Shown here one piece after another: positions 1 through 12,400 of a stretch of DNA of 63,989 nucleotides (position 1 is the first letter of the stretch; the number at the start of each line of letters is the position of its first letter). Both the position numbers and the translations under genes were made by a program. The notes beneath the pieces were generated by a model. It did no database searches. It saw only the letters and a program-made list of their open reading frames with translations, and was not told where the DNA came from. The stretch comes from Rhynchobatus australiae (Eukaryota), in the NCBI GenBank assembly GCA_034780895.1, contig JAUZTB010000027.1, forward strand, positions 12,059,641 through 12,123,629. The letters run 5' to 3'.

Positions 1-1639
1 ATGGCCAAGTAGTCACTGTTGTTCTAACACTGACAGCATCCTCTGGTCCAACTAAATACAGAAATCCAGAGTTGTTGTTGATATTGTGACCCTTTTAAAT
101 TGTGTGTTATAACAGTTTTTATAGACATAATCAACACAATCATAATTTTAACTTTTCATACAACATTCCACAGTAAAAATTAATCAAAATATTAAGTTTT
201 GTTAAATAACGTGTAACTATATTTTTAAACAATGTCCTAACACAAAATTAGTGCTGAACAATGTCCCTAGTCTAGGAAAAATGAATTTGTATAGGTGTGA
301 AGTGCCATTCCCTCTTTTCGCCAGTTTCTTTCTTAATCTTATGTGCATGGTCTAATTTTTTGTTGCTTTCTGTATATTTCTTAAAGTTAAAAATTAAAGC
401 ATTTCTTGGCCTGCTGCTGTGAGTGTTCTTCAAACTCTTCAGCACCCTTTGAAAATTCATGCTGAAAAGAAGCATAATCCACGAAATGATATCACTCTTG
501 TTGGGTGTCATGGATCCCTTTTAGGAGGTGGCAGATTCTAAATCACATTAGAAAGTGAGAAATGCATGCCACAAAGCCAAATTAACCTTTGCAGTGTGTC
601 CATTATTCATGCAATTATTGCACTATCTTTTGGAGGCAGTGTAAAGTTTGTATTTGGGTGACTTTCTGCAACGCAGTGGGTCTGGTGCTGCTGGTGTGCT
701 GTCTCTCAGTACATGTGCAGGTCAATAATATGTTTGCTCAATACACTACATGCCAAAAATTACCCGAAGAAAACATTGTTGGTGTTGTCTCCTCCAGTCT
801 CGCAATGATTTGAGAAGATTGCTACTAATGCTATTTTTCTAAGAAATTTGGCAAAATAGACAGTAATGTCTCTTCTGCTCCTTCTGTGGTACAAGGTAGA
901 GGTATATTGAGCAAGTTTTTTAAGGGAGCGATATCTCAACATTTGGAACTGGCATCAGTTTCATGTTAAAGATTGTGTTGTAGTTTTGGGAATCTGTGTC
1001 CCTATGCACATGAACCAAGAAACCCCACTGACAAGGAAGCTGGTTTGCCCATTCACGAGGAGTAAGTTCTACACAATGATAATATCGGAATTCCCACTGG
1101 GCATAAAGCTCTTTTTTCCCCATCCACAAAAAAAAAGAGACCTGCAGACTTAAAGCCTGTGGACTAACCAAGTGCCACCATTCCTATGCACAACAATAAC
1201 CAAGACTGAAAATAAGCAGAAGTACTTGCAGATAATTGTCTTTGCCTCATCCATTAAAAATTCAAAGTCTGTTTCTCACTTCCCTTTCTTATCCCTAAAC
1301 TCCAGTCTCACTCCTCATCTACTACCCTCTTCTCCACTAAAACTGGAGAGCCTTAGAGACCACACACGCATCAATCTTTTCCAATCATTTAAGCCTAAGG
1401 AAATTCAACTGAGCCATAATTCATATTGGCTTTATCACCATATATAATAAGAAGTGAAGCCTGGATTAAAGCAGTTTATGGGCCATCATTAGCCCAAGTG
1501 ATGTGTGTTGATGCTTCTGGATTGAAGGATCCATTTCTAACCATATTTCAGGGCACGTGTTGGGCACTCTTGATCCAAGTACATTTTACTCTTTTGAGAA
1601 ATGTTCATTAAAGTAAGATTTGTGCCTGGGGGTAAAAAT

Positions 1640-1965
1640 TGATGGCAGATTTTGCAAGGTTGTTTATACATGATTCCTCCATCTTGAGAATCTAGAACTA
1701 GATACCCTGAACATAGAATAAAATTGGTTATTTAACAATGAGATGAAATTTCTTTACTCAGTTATGATTCTTTTTTTCTTAAATATAGAAAGTTGTGAAT
1801 GCTCAGTTATTGAAGGCTGTGATTGATTGGATTTTTGGGCACTAAAGGATTTGGGGAATTTTTGGTTTGACCAAGAACAGGATGGAGCACTTTCTGCTAT
1901 CTTATATAATGACAGAGTAACCTTGAGAGCCTATATAGCTTGCTGCTATTCCTTATGTTCTTAAA
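1640..1965 (+). mobile_element. Old CR1-clade 3' fragment
   Basis: gaatctagaactaga...gagatgaaatttctttactcag...ttgctgctattccttatgttctta, a degenerate CR1 tail pattern. Confidence 0.5.
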
Positions 1966-3349
1966 ATAGAGCTGCATTGAGCTGGCAGCTGGCTGGAAAG
2001 TAGCAGATTTCAAGATTGCCCCAATGCAAAAGATGACACATGTGGAAACCTGTTTAATCGCTTTGGACATCTCGAAGAGCCATATATTTCACACTAGACT
2101 AAGAATCACTTCAGAAAGAGCCAAACAAATTCAGCTATTTTTTCCCATTGCAGTTACTTTCACTTGGCTGATGTGAAATAGTAGTCATGAAGGAGCAATA
2201 CTTGCAAATTAAGCTTGCTTTGATCTCTCTGGCCTTCAGTATTTACTGGCTGTGAACAAGTAAATAGCCCAGATTGTACTGAACTGTAGCTGACAGTTCC
2301 ATGCAGAATCACAAGCTAATAGCAGTTGATCAGTCAGCTCATTCCTGGCTTCAGCTTCTGTACTTGGCAGCACTGAAGTCAGGAACACACAGAAGCTTAG
2401 ATACTTGATTTCTTACTCTGCTGTTGGACTCTGCACTGAGTCAAAGCACAGATTGTAGCTAATCCTCTACCCTCCTCACAAGGACAAATTCAAAATTCCC
2501 CTCAAATTTATTCAACAAATGAGCATTCACAACTGTAGGCGTGGAACTCAGTCGCAATGTGCTGAGAGGCTATTGCATTGCATGTTTGGCCCCTCAGCTT
2601 TGCATCAGCTGGCTTGGACCCATGTATTCGAACGGGGTTGTTGATCTAGATTGAATCTTTTTTTAATTTAATGTTCATATTTTTCATTTGCATCACTTAA
2701 ATATTTTTATAGGTAAACTTATTTTTCGTGTTTTATTTTTTAACTTTATTTTTAGCTATGTTAATCCTTTAAAACTTTTTTATAGTGTCTCTGATCATCA
2801 GCTGTCAAAAGGCCATTATGGCAGACTGAAGGGGAGGTAGCATAGGATCTGCTACATGAAGTACAGTTGCTGCTTGCAACACACTCCTGATGGCAGCATT
2901 GGTAGCAGGACCAGAAGCTCAATTTGTTGGGTGGGGTAACAATAGTGTAGTCATGGGATCATCTGGGGGTTGACTACAAGGCAAAGGCTGAATTCTGTCA
3001 AAAAAATATAAATTCATTCACTTTTATAGTCCCGATTACCTTGAATGGTGACAGACAAGACTTTTACTTTTAAGAAATCTACTGTTTGTCACTACAGTTT
3101 AATTTAGGTTGGGTATGCATACATTTCTGTTGCATGAATCCTTCCAAACTCCTTCGTTTAACCTTTATTGCTGTGTCTATTTCAAACAGTGGGCCATCCA
3201 GTCTGAAACACCCTTCCCATGTGTTCTGCTCTTTAGTTGCAAATTATACATTTAGGTTTCCTGCACCATATAAAGCCTTGCTTAATCATACAATTCATAA
3301 TGTCTGTGAATTGTTTTCTTCCATGATGTAAAATAGCAGTCTTATTGTG

Positions 3350-3460
3350 TAATAAAAACAGTTAATGCTGGAAAAACTCAGCAGGTCAGGCAACATCTGT
3401 GGTAAGAGAAACAGTAAACATTTCAGGCCTGTGACCCTTTATCAGAACTGGGAAAGAGAA
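3350..3460 (-). mobile_element. Penelope-like terminal fragment, older subfamily
   Basis: aataaaaacag..aatgctggaaaaactcagcaggtcaggcaacatctgtgg...tttcaggcctgtgaccctttatcagaactg. Confidence 0.7.
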
Positions 3461-3461
3461 A

Positions 3462-3745
3462 TACGAGGACAGCTTCTATCCCGCTGTTATAAGACTATTG
3501 AACAGTTTCAGAGTATGATAAGATGGACGCTTGACCTCACAATCTACCTCGTTATGTCTTTGCACCTTATTGTCTACCTGCACTGTACTTTCTCTGTAGC
3601 TGTGTCACCTCATACTGCATTCTGTATTGTTTTCCCTTGTGCTTCCTCAAAGCACTGTGTAATGAATTGATCTGTATGAATGGTATACAAGACAAGTTTT
3701 TCACTGTACCTCGGTACAAGTGACAGTAATAAACCAATTCCAATA
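3462..3745 (+). mobile_element. LINE 3' end (Rex1/Babar-like) nested in the Penelope fragment
   Basis: ggacagcttctatcccgctgttataagactattgaac (end of ORF), then a 3' UTR ending gtgacagtaataaaccaattccaat. A homologous inverted copy lies at ~61415-61585. Confidence 0.6.
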
Positions 3746-4269
3746 ATAAGTTAGTTTTCAGTTGGAGAGGGGGTGAAGGAAAGACATGTAGAACAAAGGG
3801 AATGTCTCTTATGGTGAGTTGAAATGGCTTCATGGGGACAGTTACCAGCACATTAAGCCACTTGGTCTGTGTAATGCGTTGTTAATCACAAGGTTATGGG
3901 ACTTGCCCAGCAGGTCCGACCTAATTGTGTGATAGAAGTATGTCATGGTTTGTCATTGTTTGGAAATTGTGCAGTCGGGAGCTAAGCAGGGAAGAGGGGT
4001 CCTGAATTCTGACCTGTTTTCCTTGTTGTCAGTGATGATGTGATGGTCTCTTCTGTGGTGTATATAATTTTGTATATCTTTGAGTTTTTTCCCATTTTTA
4101 AAAATAATTTGATGAATATTATGTTATTAAAATTACTTGGAGTCTTTGCATGGCTATTTGCCCAAAGATGAGCATAAAGTTTTGGCTCCTATTAACTGTT
4201 GAAACTTTCTAGTCTTTATTTTTAATCAATGCAATATGTTTTTTAAAAGATGTGCAATTAAATGAAAAA

Positions 4270-4577
4270 TGTTTTTCAAGATGATAAGAGGCATAGATAG
4301 AGTGGACAGTCAGAGACTTTTCCCAGGACGACAATGGCTAACATGAGGGGACATAATTTTAAGGTGATTGGAGGAAGGTATAAGGGAACACACTGCCGGC
4401 AGAGGTTGTGAGGGCAGATACATTAGGGACATTTAAGGGACTCTTAGATAGACACATGAATGATAGAGAACTGGAGGACTATGTGGGAGGGAAGGGTTAG
4501 ATAGATCTTAGAGTAGGGTAAAATGTCGGCACAACATCGTGGGCCGAGGGGCCTGTACTGTGCTGTAATGTTCTGTG
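4270..4577 (+). mobile_element. CR1-clade LINE 3' fragment
   Basis: IRGIDRVDSQRLFP-type ORF2 end plus the 3' tail gggccgaggggcctgtactgtgctgtaatgttct. Homologous to 15100-15450 and 39412-39740. Confidence 0.8.
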
Positions 4578-7500
4578 AAAAATTGAAAGGACTATTTAGC
4601 TACCATTATTGGCATTTTAAACAAAAAAACCCTTAGAAAATGTCATATCATGAAGGAATATATTGCAGTAAAAACATTTTTATTCCCTCTTGGATTTCGC
4701 ACTGTTGTGACTGTGAATGAGCCACATGGAGACTGGAGACGTAGATGTAAAGGTCATTATTCAGCACGACTATCAGGCATTCTGTGAATTTGTCTCTCAT
4801 GGAGACACTAGAGAAACTCTGCATTTCAGTGAGGTTTTATACCTTTTAAACCCAAAGATAATAAGCAATTAAATACAGTTTGTGTTTTCAATACCTACTT
4901 CAACATTTTGGGTTTTGACAGGTAATTTTGTAGAATTACATACTAACAATGGGAGCGCACCTCAATTGAGAGCATCTTTGAATATTCAAATACTGGTGGA
5001 TGGTCCGGGGGTTCTGAGCACAAACACCAGACACCCAATTATATTAGTATGTTGAGGAATGGCTCCCTGGATATACATACACCCAGAATATTAATTGACA
5101 AAACAAATGGCTTGAACTGTGTGTTAAGTGGCAGGGAGATTTCTTTAACTATGCATTAGTACAGGAGATGTCCACTTAATACCTTCCCTGATCTCATCCT
5201 GGGAGTTTCAGTGAGGTTTGATTAATGTAAATATTCACTTATTGTCTTCCCCTGTGTAGTTGCAGTGGTGCAGAATCAGAATATCCCATACCCAATGACT
5301 GGTTTCAATGTCCTTAAAGTATTGTAGAATGTTACAATGTTAAGTTGTTTTTGAGCAGTGGGTCCCTGTTTGTATTAACTGACTGTTACCCCTATTCCAT
5401 AACTCCTGAAAGATATCCCATGCTTAACGATCCTTAACACACAGTAGTTGCTGAAAATGCAGGTGCCCTGCTGGAGTGTCCATTGTGCTGCAGTGTGATT
5501 CACCAAGCCATGGAGATAATTTTAACTTCCAGTCCGTAAATCACTGATTGATCTTGGTTTTTAGTTCTGTGGCACCAGTCCTGTGTTGATTCATTTCATC
5601 TGTTGACTGTGACATTGCAACCCCAACATCAATATTTTTGGATTATGTTGTCAATGTTCATAAAGATAGCACTGTCAATGATGCATGAAGACAGGGATAA
5701 ATCAATATTTTTTCCAGTTTTTCAATTTTTTTATAATTCAGAGTGGGAAATTCATTGATTATTTACTGCAAGTTATCACACTGAAACCAAGGTTATAGAC
5801 TCTTGTGTGCTGTTTTTTCCAGGAAACTTAGTGTAAGTCACACAGTTGTGGATAACAGCTTCTCACTAGGAAGCAGAAAAACCAGCAGCTGGGGATCAGC
5901 CACCATCTGCCAACCCTGTGGAAAGTTTTTTTTGTATTTGACTTGGAATTACCCTAAGTGAAGATCTGAGAGCAATTTTGCCCTATTTTGGTCACAAAAT
6001 CAGGAGAGTGCCATTGAATTTGAAAGTGCTTTACAAAGATATAATTGTGCTTAACTGCTACAGTTTAAGTGGTGACACTCACCACTTCCAATTCTTCTTC
6101 AGTTGGTTTGTAATAGCTTTTAAATTTGTCTGAGATTTGCAACTTAAGGTAGGTTCCAAACTAGCAATCCTTCTTGCTCTCCATACCACCGCCATCAATC
6201 GCCATTCCTCCATCACCTCCAATCCCAAACTGCTCTAATGAAAGATTATTGACCTGAAACTTTAATACTTTCTCTCTCACTCCACAATTGCTGTCTAATT
6301 TAGAGAATATTTTCAGTTGTTTTTATTCTAGATTTTTAGCACCTCCAATATTTAGATTTTTCCCCCACATTATAGCGATATCAACTCTGTACTTTAGTTT
6401 AAGTGATTTGTGGGGTTTTTTTTGCATTTTGCTTTATTATATGGCCATTCAAGTGTAATCTGCATGGAGATTATGGAAGAAATGTAAAAAAGATTATAAG
6501 AGAAGGGATTGTTAATTTTACCAAGTATTCTAACCTTCCCTGATCAACATATTCTTTTTCAAATAGTCATTTGTATTCAATGTGGTGATGGATGTTAGTA
6601 AGCTCACTGTTATATTTGAGAATAGTTATTTGGAGATTTGTCTTTTTGCTAATTAAAGAGAAAAGCCTACTGTCTTCAAGTCCTCCATCCCTTCCCTCAA
6701 TTTTGAGACATAAGAAACGTACCTAATTTCCTCACCTGTTAATATTCTTAGATGCTTATCATTTATATCAGTATAAAATTCCTTCCTTTCACTGATACTA
6801 AGTGTTGCCTGTTCCTCTGTGGATTTTTTCCCCAGTCAAGAAATGTTTATCAGATGAGATTTTCGACTGCACTTTCATTGAGTGGTAAAGGTAGTAAGCA
6901 GTGATTCCTGCATGTTCCCTGCCTGGTTGTGTTAACCAAATAATGTCGGAATCACAGGAAATTTAACATGGCCAAGTCCCATATAAGCTGTGTTTAAGCC
7001 TGTGCCTCTGTTCTTCTTCCTTGTTAGAATTTTATTCTAATCCCATTTCACTGTTCTGCTGTCTTTTACTAACATTTGTTTTAAATCTAATACCAGTTGA
7101 AATCTTTTTTCTTTTTCAGTCTTGTATTCCTGTAAATGAATGGAAAAATAATCTACCAACCCTACTTTTATCTGTTTAGTAATGGTCCTCGATAACCACT
7201 GAAAAATACAATGCCAGAGATGAATAGATGGCTAGAAATAAGTGAAGCAAAGAACTAAGCAGCGAGTAATTTTGCTTTCGCAGAATTCTACAGACACAGT
7301 AATTAACCTCGGTGCTAGTGGATACAAATAGTCATATACTGTTCTGTCTGATTGCTTTACAGATATCAAAAGTGTGAATGTTGTGCCTGGTCAGGGTTTT
7401 AAAAAGCCCTGTGATGCAACCCATGTTGTAACACTTATTTTCTTTGCTAGATGGATGATTGGCCCATAAAGGATAGAAATTTTATCTCTTCAGGGAAATA

Positions 7501-7629
7501 ATTGTAAATGGATTTCTTGATATAAAATTTACCTTTTCCAAAAATAAAGGATTACAGGTGTTTTGCAAAAGATCTCTATTGTTTTCATTACTGGGTTCTA
7601 ATGAGTTAATTTGTCTATCTACTGTCTAG

Positions 7630-9457
7630 GGAACCACCACGCAAGAAGAAGAAGAGCGAGTGGTTAAATCAGAACCACTTGAACAACATTGCAAAAAAGC
7701 AGGAAACCCAATCTGCCCAAGACACAATGGAGGTGAACAGGGGAACCTACATTGAACACTCCCATGGAGATATCAGCAATAACCAGGCTCCAGCGCCTGT
7801 AAAACAGATTCAGAAATTGTTGTTGCCAAAGCCCAAAGCTGCACTTGTCAAACTTCCCGTTATGCACTTAACACCTTTACCAGTTCTTTTATCTTCAGGC
7901 ATGCCCATGGATAATTCTGTTAAGTCTATTGTTGTTGCTGTTGACAATCAAGGATCTGTTGTGAATACAGTGCAGGTGTTGCCTGCCTCAGTGGGAACTC
8001 TGATACCAACCTTGGAGACAAAAGCATTGAATTTTAAAGGTGACCTTCCTACATCCAAGGTGCCCAGCATCATGATGGTTGAACCTGTCAGCACTGCAGT
8101 GCAAGTCAACATGGACTCGGGCTTTGCCAGTAATCATGGATTACAATCACTTGGAGACCTGGGTCAAAAGAACAAATATACTTCTATGAATGTTCAGACA
8201 GACATATCTTACCTTGCACAGAGCACAGCACCAGAATCTCTCACCATGTACTGTGCTACAGAGAGCACTGTGTCAGCTTGTGCACAAACTGATCTGAGTT
8301 TTGGTGCTCAAGTGTTGCTACCTGTAAGTGTCCAAACACAAACGTTTGAACCAGACACCAAAATCACCACGTCGATAAGTGCTCAGACAGATCCTTTTGG
8401 TCAGCCCTGTTTTCCATTATGTAATGTTTCCAGGAAAACTCAGACTTTGGTAAATTCTGGTCAAGAAAAAGACCCAACAGTTCAAACGCTAATTAATACA
8501 AATAATCATGAAGAGATTTTTGATCATTCTTTAGTTCCCTCTTGCAGTGTGTGTAGGCAAACTCAAACTACGTTTGCCTTGGAAGCAATGGGTATGGACC
8601 AAAGACTATCCCATACAACCAGCAATGATGCTCTTTTACAGAACACTAGTAAATCAGCTGTTGATTTTCACATTCAGTCCACTTTACTTCAACAAAACTC
8701 AATGACAGACAATCAAACTCAGACAATTAACCTTTTTAATGACTTGGAAAATATCCTATCTGAAAGCATAGCAGATCATTCATTAGAACACCGGGGTCTT
8801 TTATCTGATGCCAGCAATGGCTCTGGTGACAGTATGACGGGCAGCCAGTCACAGAATGCGGGTATTGACTTTGACATTGAAGAATTTTTATCTGCAAGCA
8901 ACATACAAACCCAGACAGAAGAAAATGAGTTTGGTACTTTACAGACAGTATCTGCATTGGAATCTTTGGATATTGAAACTCAGACAGACTTCTTGTTTTC
9001 AGACCATCCTGCCCAGGTATACAACAGCAGGGGACAGTCCAGCTATTTAGGACTAGAAATGTTTGATACACAGACTCAAACGGACTTCACTTTCTTATTG
9101 GATAGTGGTCCACATCTACCTCTTGATAGCATCTTGAAACAGTCCAGTTTCTCCCTAAATGCAGAATCTTCTGGGACAGAAACCCAAACCGAGGACCTGC
9201 ACAGTAGAAATAATTTCACTAGTACCACTGAAAGCCAGGTTCGGCTAAACTGCGCTGAAACACAGACAACCAGCAGTTCCTTTGAAAATCTTGGCAGTCT
9301 TTTTTTCACTAGCAATGAAACACAGACCGTAATGGATGACTTTCTCTTGGCTGATATGGCATGGAACACTATGGAGTGTCATTTCAGTTCAGTCGAGACA
9401 CAGACATGTGATGAGCTTGTTTCCTTACTTGAAAGTGCTGATAAAAGTACCAATTGA
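7630..9457 (+). CDS. ATMIN: ATM interactor / ASCIZ, terminal coding exon (zinc-finger exons not intact in this window)
   Basis: Acceptor ...ctactgtctAG|G at 7628-7630 (phase 2), then an open frame from 7631 (EPPRKKKK...) to TGA at 9455-9457. Contains ATMIN hallmarks QKLLLPKPKAALVKLPVM, DFDIEEFLSASNIQTQTEE, LESLDIETQTDFL, NETQTVMDDFLLADMAWNTMECHFSSVETQT and many TQT (DYNLL1/LC8-binding) motifs. The track's TTG start at 7679 is not a real start. Confidence 0.97.
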
Positions 9458-12400
9458 GTTGTAAAGACTACAGGGAACATGGATTTCAGCTTTGGGGTGT
9501 GGAAGTACCAAAGTTAATACTATGTTAGTGTGCACCTTGTTTTGGAGCAGTCTTTCGGGGATGTAATTTTCACTAGAACTGGAGATAATTAGTAATTTTC
9601 ACTAATTATCTCAGATGTTTAAATTGACGTAGGTATCGGGGTCTCTATTCCCCTTACCTGGGGACTCTACGTACTTTCTCATGAATGACAAAACGGCCAA
9701 GTTCTATGCCTTTTAGGCTTCTGATGAAACAGAACTCTAATTCACCATTCATTATTCAAGCATTACTTCCATCTCTCCTATTCAATTTGCCTGTTTGCTT
9801 TCGTCTCTGTGCCTTCATCGGGCACACAGTTAGACTTGAATATTCCATTGGGCAATTGCACGATCAGGTGAAAAGCATTATGTACCCTGATCCTACTATC
9901 GTATATTTCAACTTGGTACAATTTTTTTTGTGTGACGCCTTGTCTTTCTCTATTGTCTTTTGTACTTGACTATTGGCTGACCTAGAGTTTCATGACCATC
10001 TGGTATCTTTGTCTGACGGATGGCGTGACCCTTTCAAGCTTGCAAGAACAGACTTCTGAGTAAGAAAGCACATGGTGCCACATTGGCAGCACAAGTTATG
10101 GTTTGAGCATTCTGTCCAGTCTAACAGCACTATTTCCATAATTGTGATGTTAAGCCATTGAATTTGAGGTTATTCTTCTAATTTCTTGCAGACTCCTGAC
10201 AGTCCTGGAGGATTGGAAACCCCAATCCAGCCAAGCCCACATTGGTCTACATTCTGAAGGTTGTGTATTGGGGAGTACCTAATGTGGTGACAGTACTCCT
10301 GGGTGCACTCCATCTAAGAGCACAAACTGATTACATTTTGACTTTGAGTATGATTCAGACACTTAGTTTTAAACTGAAATGTCAGACAGTTGAGTATTTG
10401 TAGCACATTGGAAGAAAACTTTGAACAGAAATGAAAACNNNNNNNNNNNNNNNNNNNNNNNNNNNNNNNNNNNNNNNNNNNNNNNNNNNNNNNNNNNNNN
10501 NNNNNNNNNNNNNNNNNNNNNNNNNNNNNNNNNNNNNNNNNNNNNNNNNNNNNNNNNNNNNNNNNNNNNNNNNNNNNNNNNNNNNNNNNNNNNNNNNNNN
10601 NNNNNNNNNNNNNNNNNNNNNNNNNNNNNNNNNNNNNNTAACTGCCACATTAACACATTTGGTCTTGCCCAATCAAAGGTATTCCTTTTGTTCTATTGAT
10701 CCTTTCCCCACCTTCTCTGTAGCAAATTAAGTTCTGATAAAGGTCTTGAGCTTGAAAAGTTAACTGTTTATGTTACTGCAAATGCTGTCTGTCATACCAA
10801 GTATTTCAAGCATTCTCTGTCTTTATTTCAGATTTCCAGCATCTACAATTTTATTTTCATTTGAACAGGTGAATGCCCATAGTTGCAGCAGAATTAATGT
10901 ACTTCCTGCAATCAAATTAAAGTTGTTCTGCCCACCTACTGCCCAACTAAAACACCAGATCATCTCTTTAAATAAAAATGGAATTCCTGCCCTTTCAAGA
11001 CACTTGACTAGTGAACCTGATCCTCCTATTCCTCCAATGTAGAAGTCTGCAGGTGTAGCAATTCTTAGCTCTTCTGTCATTAGCTACTTAATTTGCATCT
11101 GGCAGCTTTGGCTCTTTCACTTACAGGATTATTTCAGTCTCGTAGCCCCCAAAACTCGTGGGTTTCATAGCCTAGATGTTTAGAAGGCATTTCACATGAC
11201 AATGTGAAGTTATTCTCTGCTCGTATATAATACTTGCTTCTATTTTTAAGAGGATAAAGTGAACAAGATTTTCTTGTGTTATGTAGGTGATGGACATGAA
11301 GCAGTCAGGAATATTATTGAACTATGTGTGACCGATCCTTCCTGACTTGTAAGAAATCCTCAACTGAGGATCCAGCCACTAACGCTGCTTTCAGATCGAT
11401 TAAATTGGGCTATAATTAAAATACAGTTCATTTCTCTCAATCTCAATGTGAAGTGTAACTCTGAAAACATTACGTTTGATATGTTTAATCATCCTTGCTT
11501 AATTAGAGAATTACTTCTATCTAGTGCAGGTCCAGGGCTGGATACCTGCAAGTTAATGCCACTCAAGTACCTGGGCATTTGCGGGGAATATGGAGATCAG
11601 GTAGTATTGGAAACTAGAGCCATTTGAATCTAGGCTTGCAGTGTATATCATATTTGGAACCTCCTTAAAATGTCATGAGGTCCTTTCAAGCCTAGACCAA
11701 ATAACATACACCACTGTGTGCNNNNNNNNNNNNNNNNNNNNNNNNNNNAACTTTTTGGAATATACATTTAAGTGAATTCTGTAGGAACTCTTTTTGCTTC
11801 TTAAATCTCACGCTTGATTTTTTTTTGCCAGCATCCCAGTAAAAAATGTTTAATCTTCCAGTTCTACATTTGTATATTCTGCACTCTCAGATGGACGCTC
11901 CTCTTCCATTTACAATCCTTTGAAAAGTGACATTTTCTGGTACTGCCAATAAACTTGGAGCTTGAGTATAACCAGAAGCACCTCTGGAACCTAGTGTCTG
12001 CCTGAATTGGTAGCTAAGCCACGATGTTGCTATGAACTAGTCCAAGTTGTTTTACAGAACTGTGACAAGGATTAACAAAATCAATGAACATTACCAAGTC
12101 AGGGATCCATTTGTAAGTGTAAACTGCTATAAGACAAGTTTCTCAGTAGAGCTATTGTGTGTATTTGGTTGTCATGTCGTAAATTTAAGGAATAAATTTG
12201 TATTTGGAAAAAAAAGTTCAAAAATAACTTGCAGCTTGACTTTGTAGGCACTTCACAACCGTGAGGCATAGGAAACCTGCCAAAAGGCCATTTTGAAGGT
12301 ATATTTATGGCAGGAGTGGGATGTGGAGAATTCTGCAGTGTTGGGAAAGTGTGGCAGGGACTTGGTATGGTGTGGAAAGCCCTTTCACAATGTGATGATA

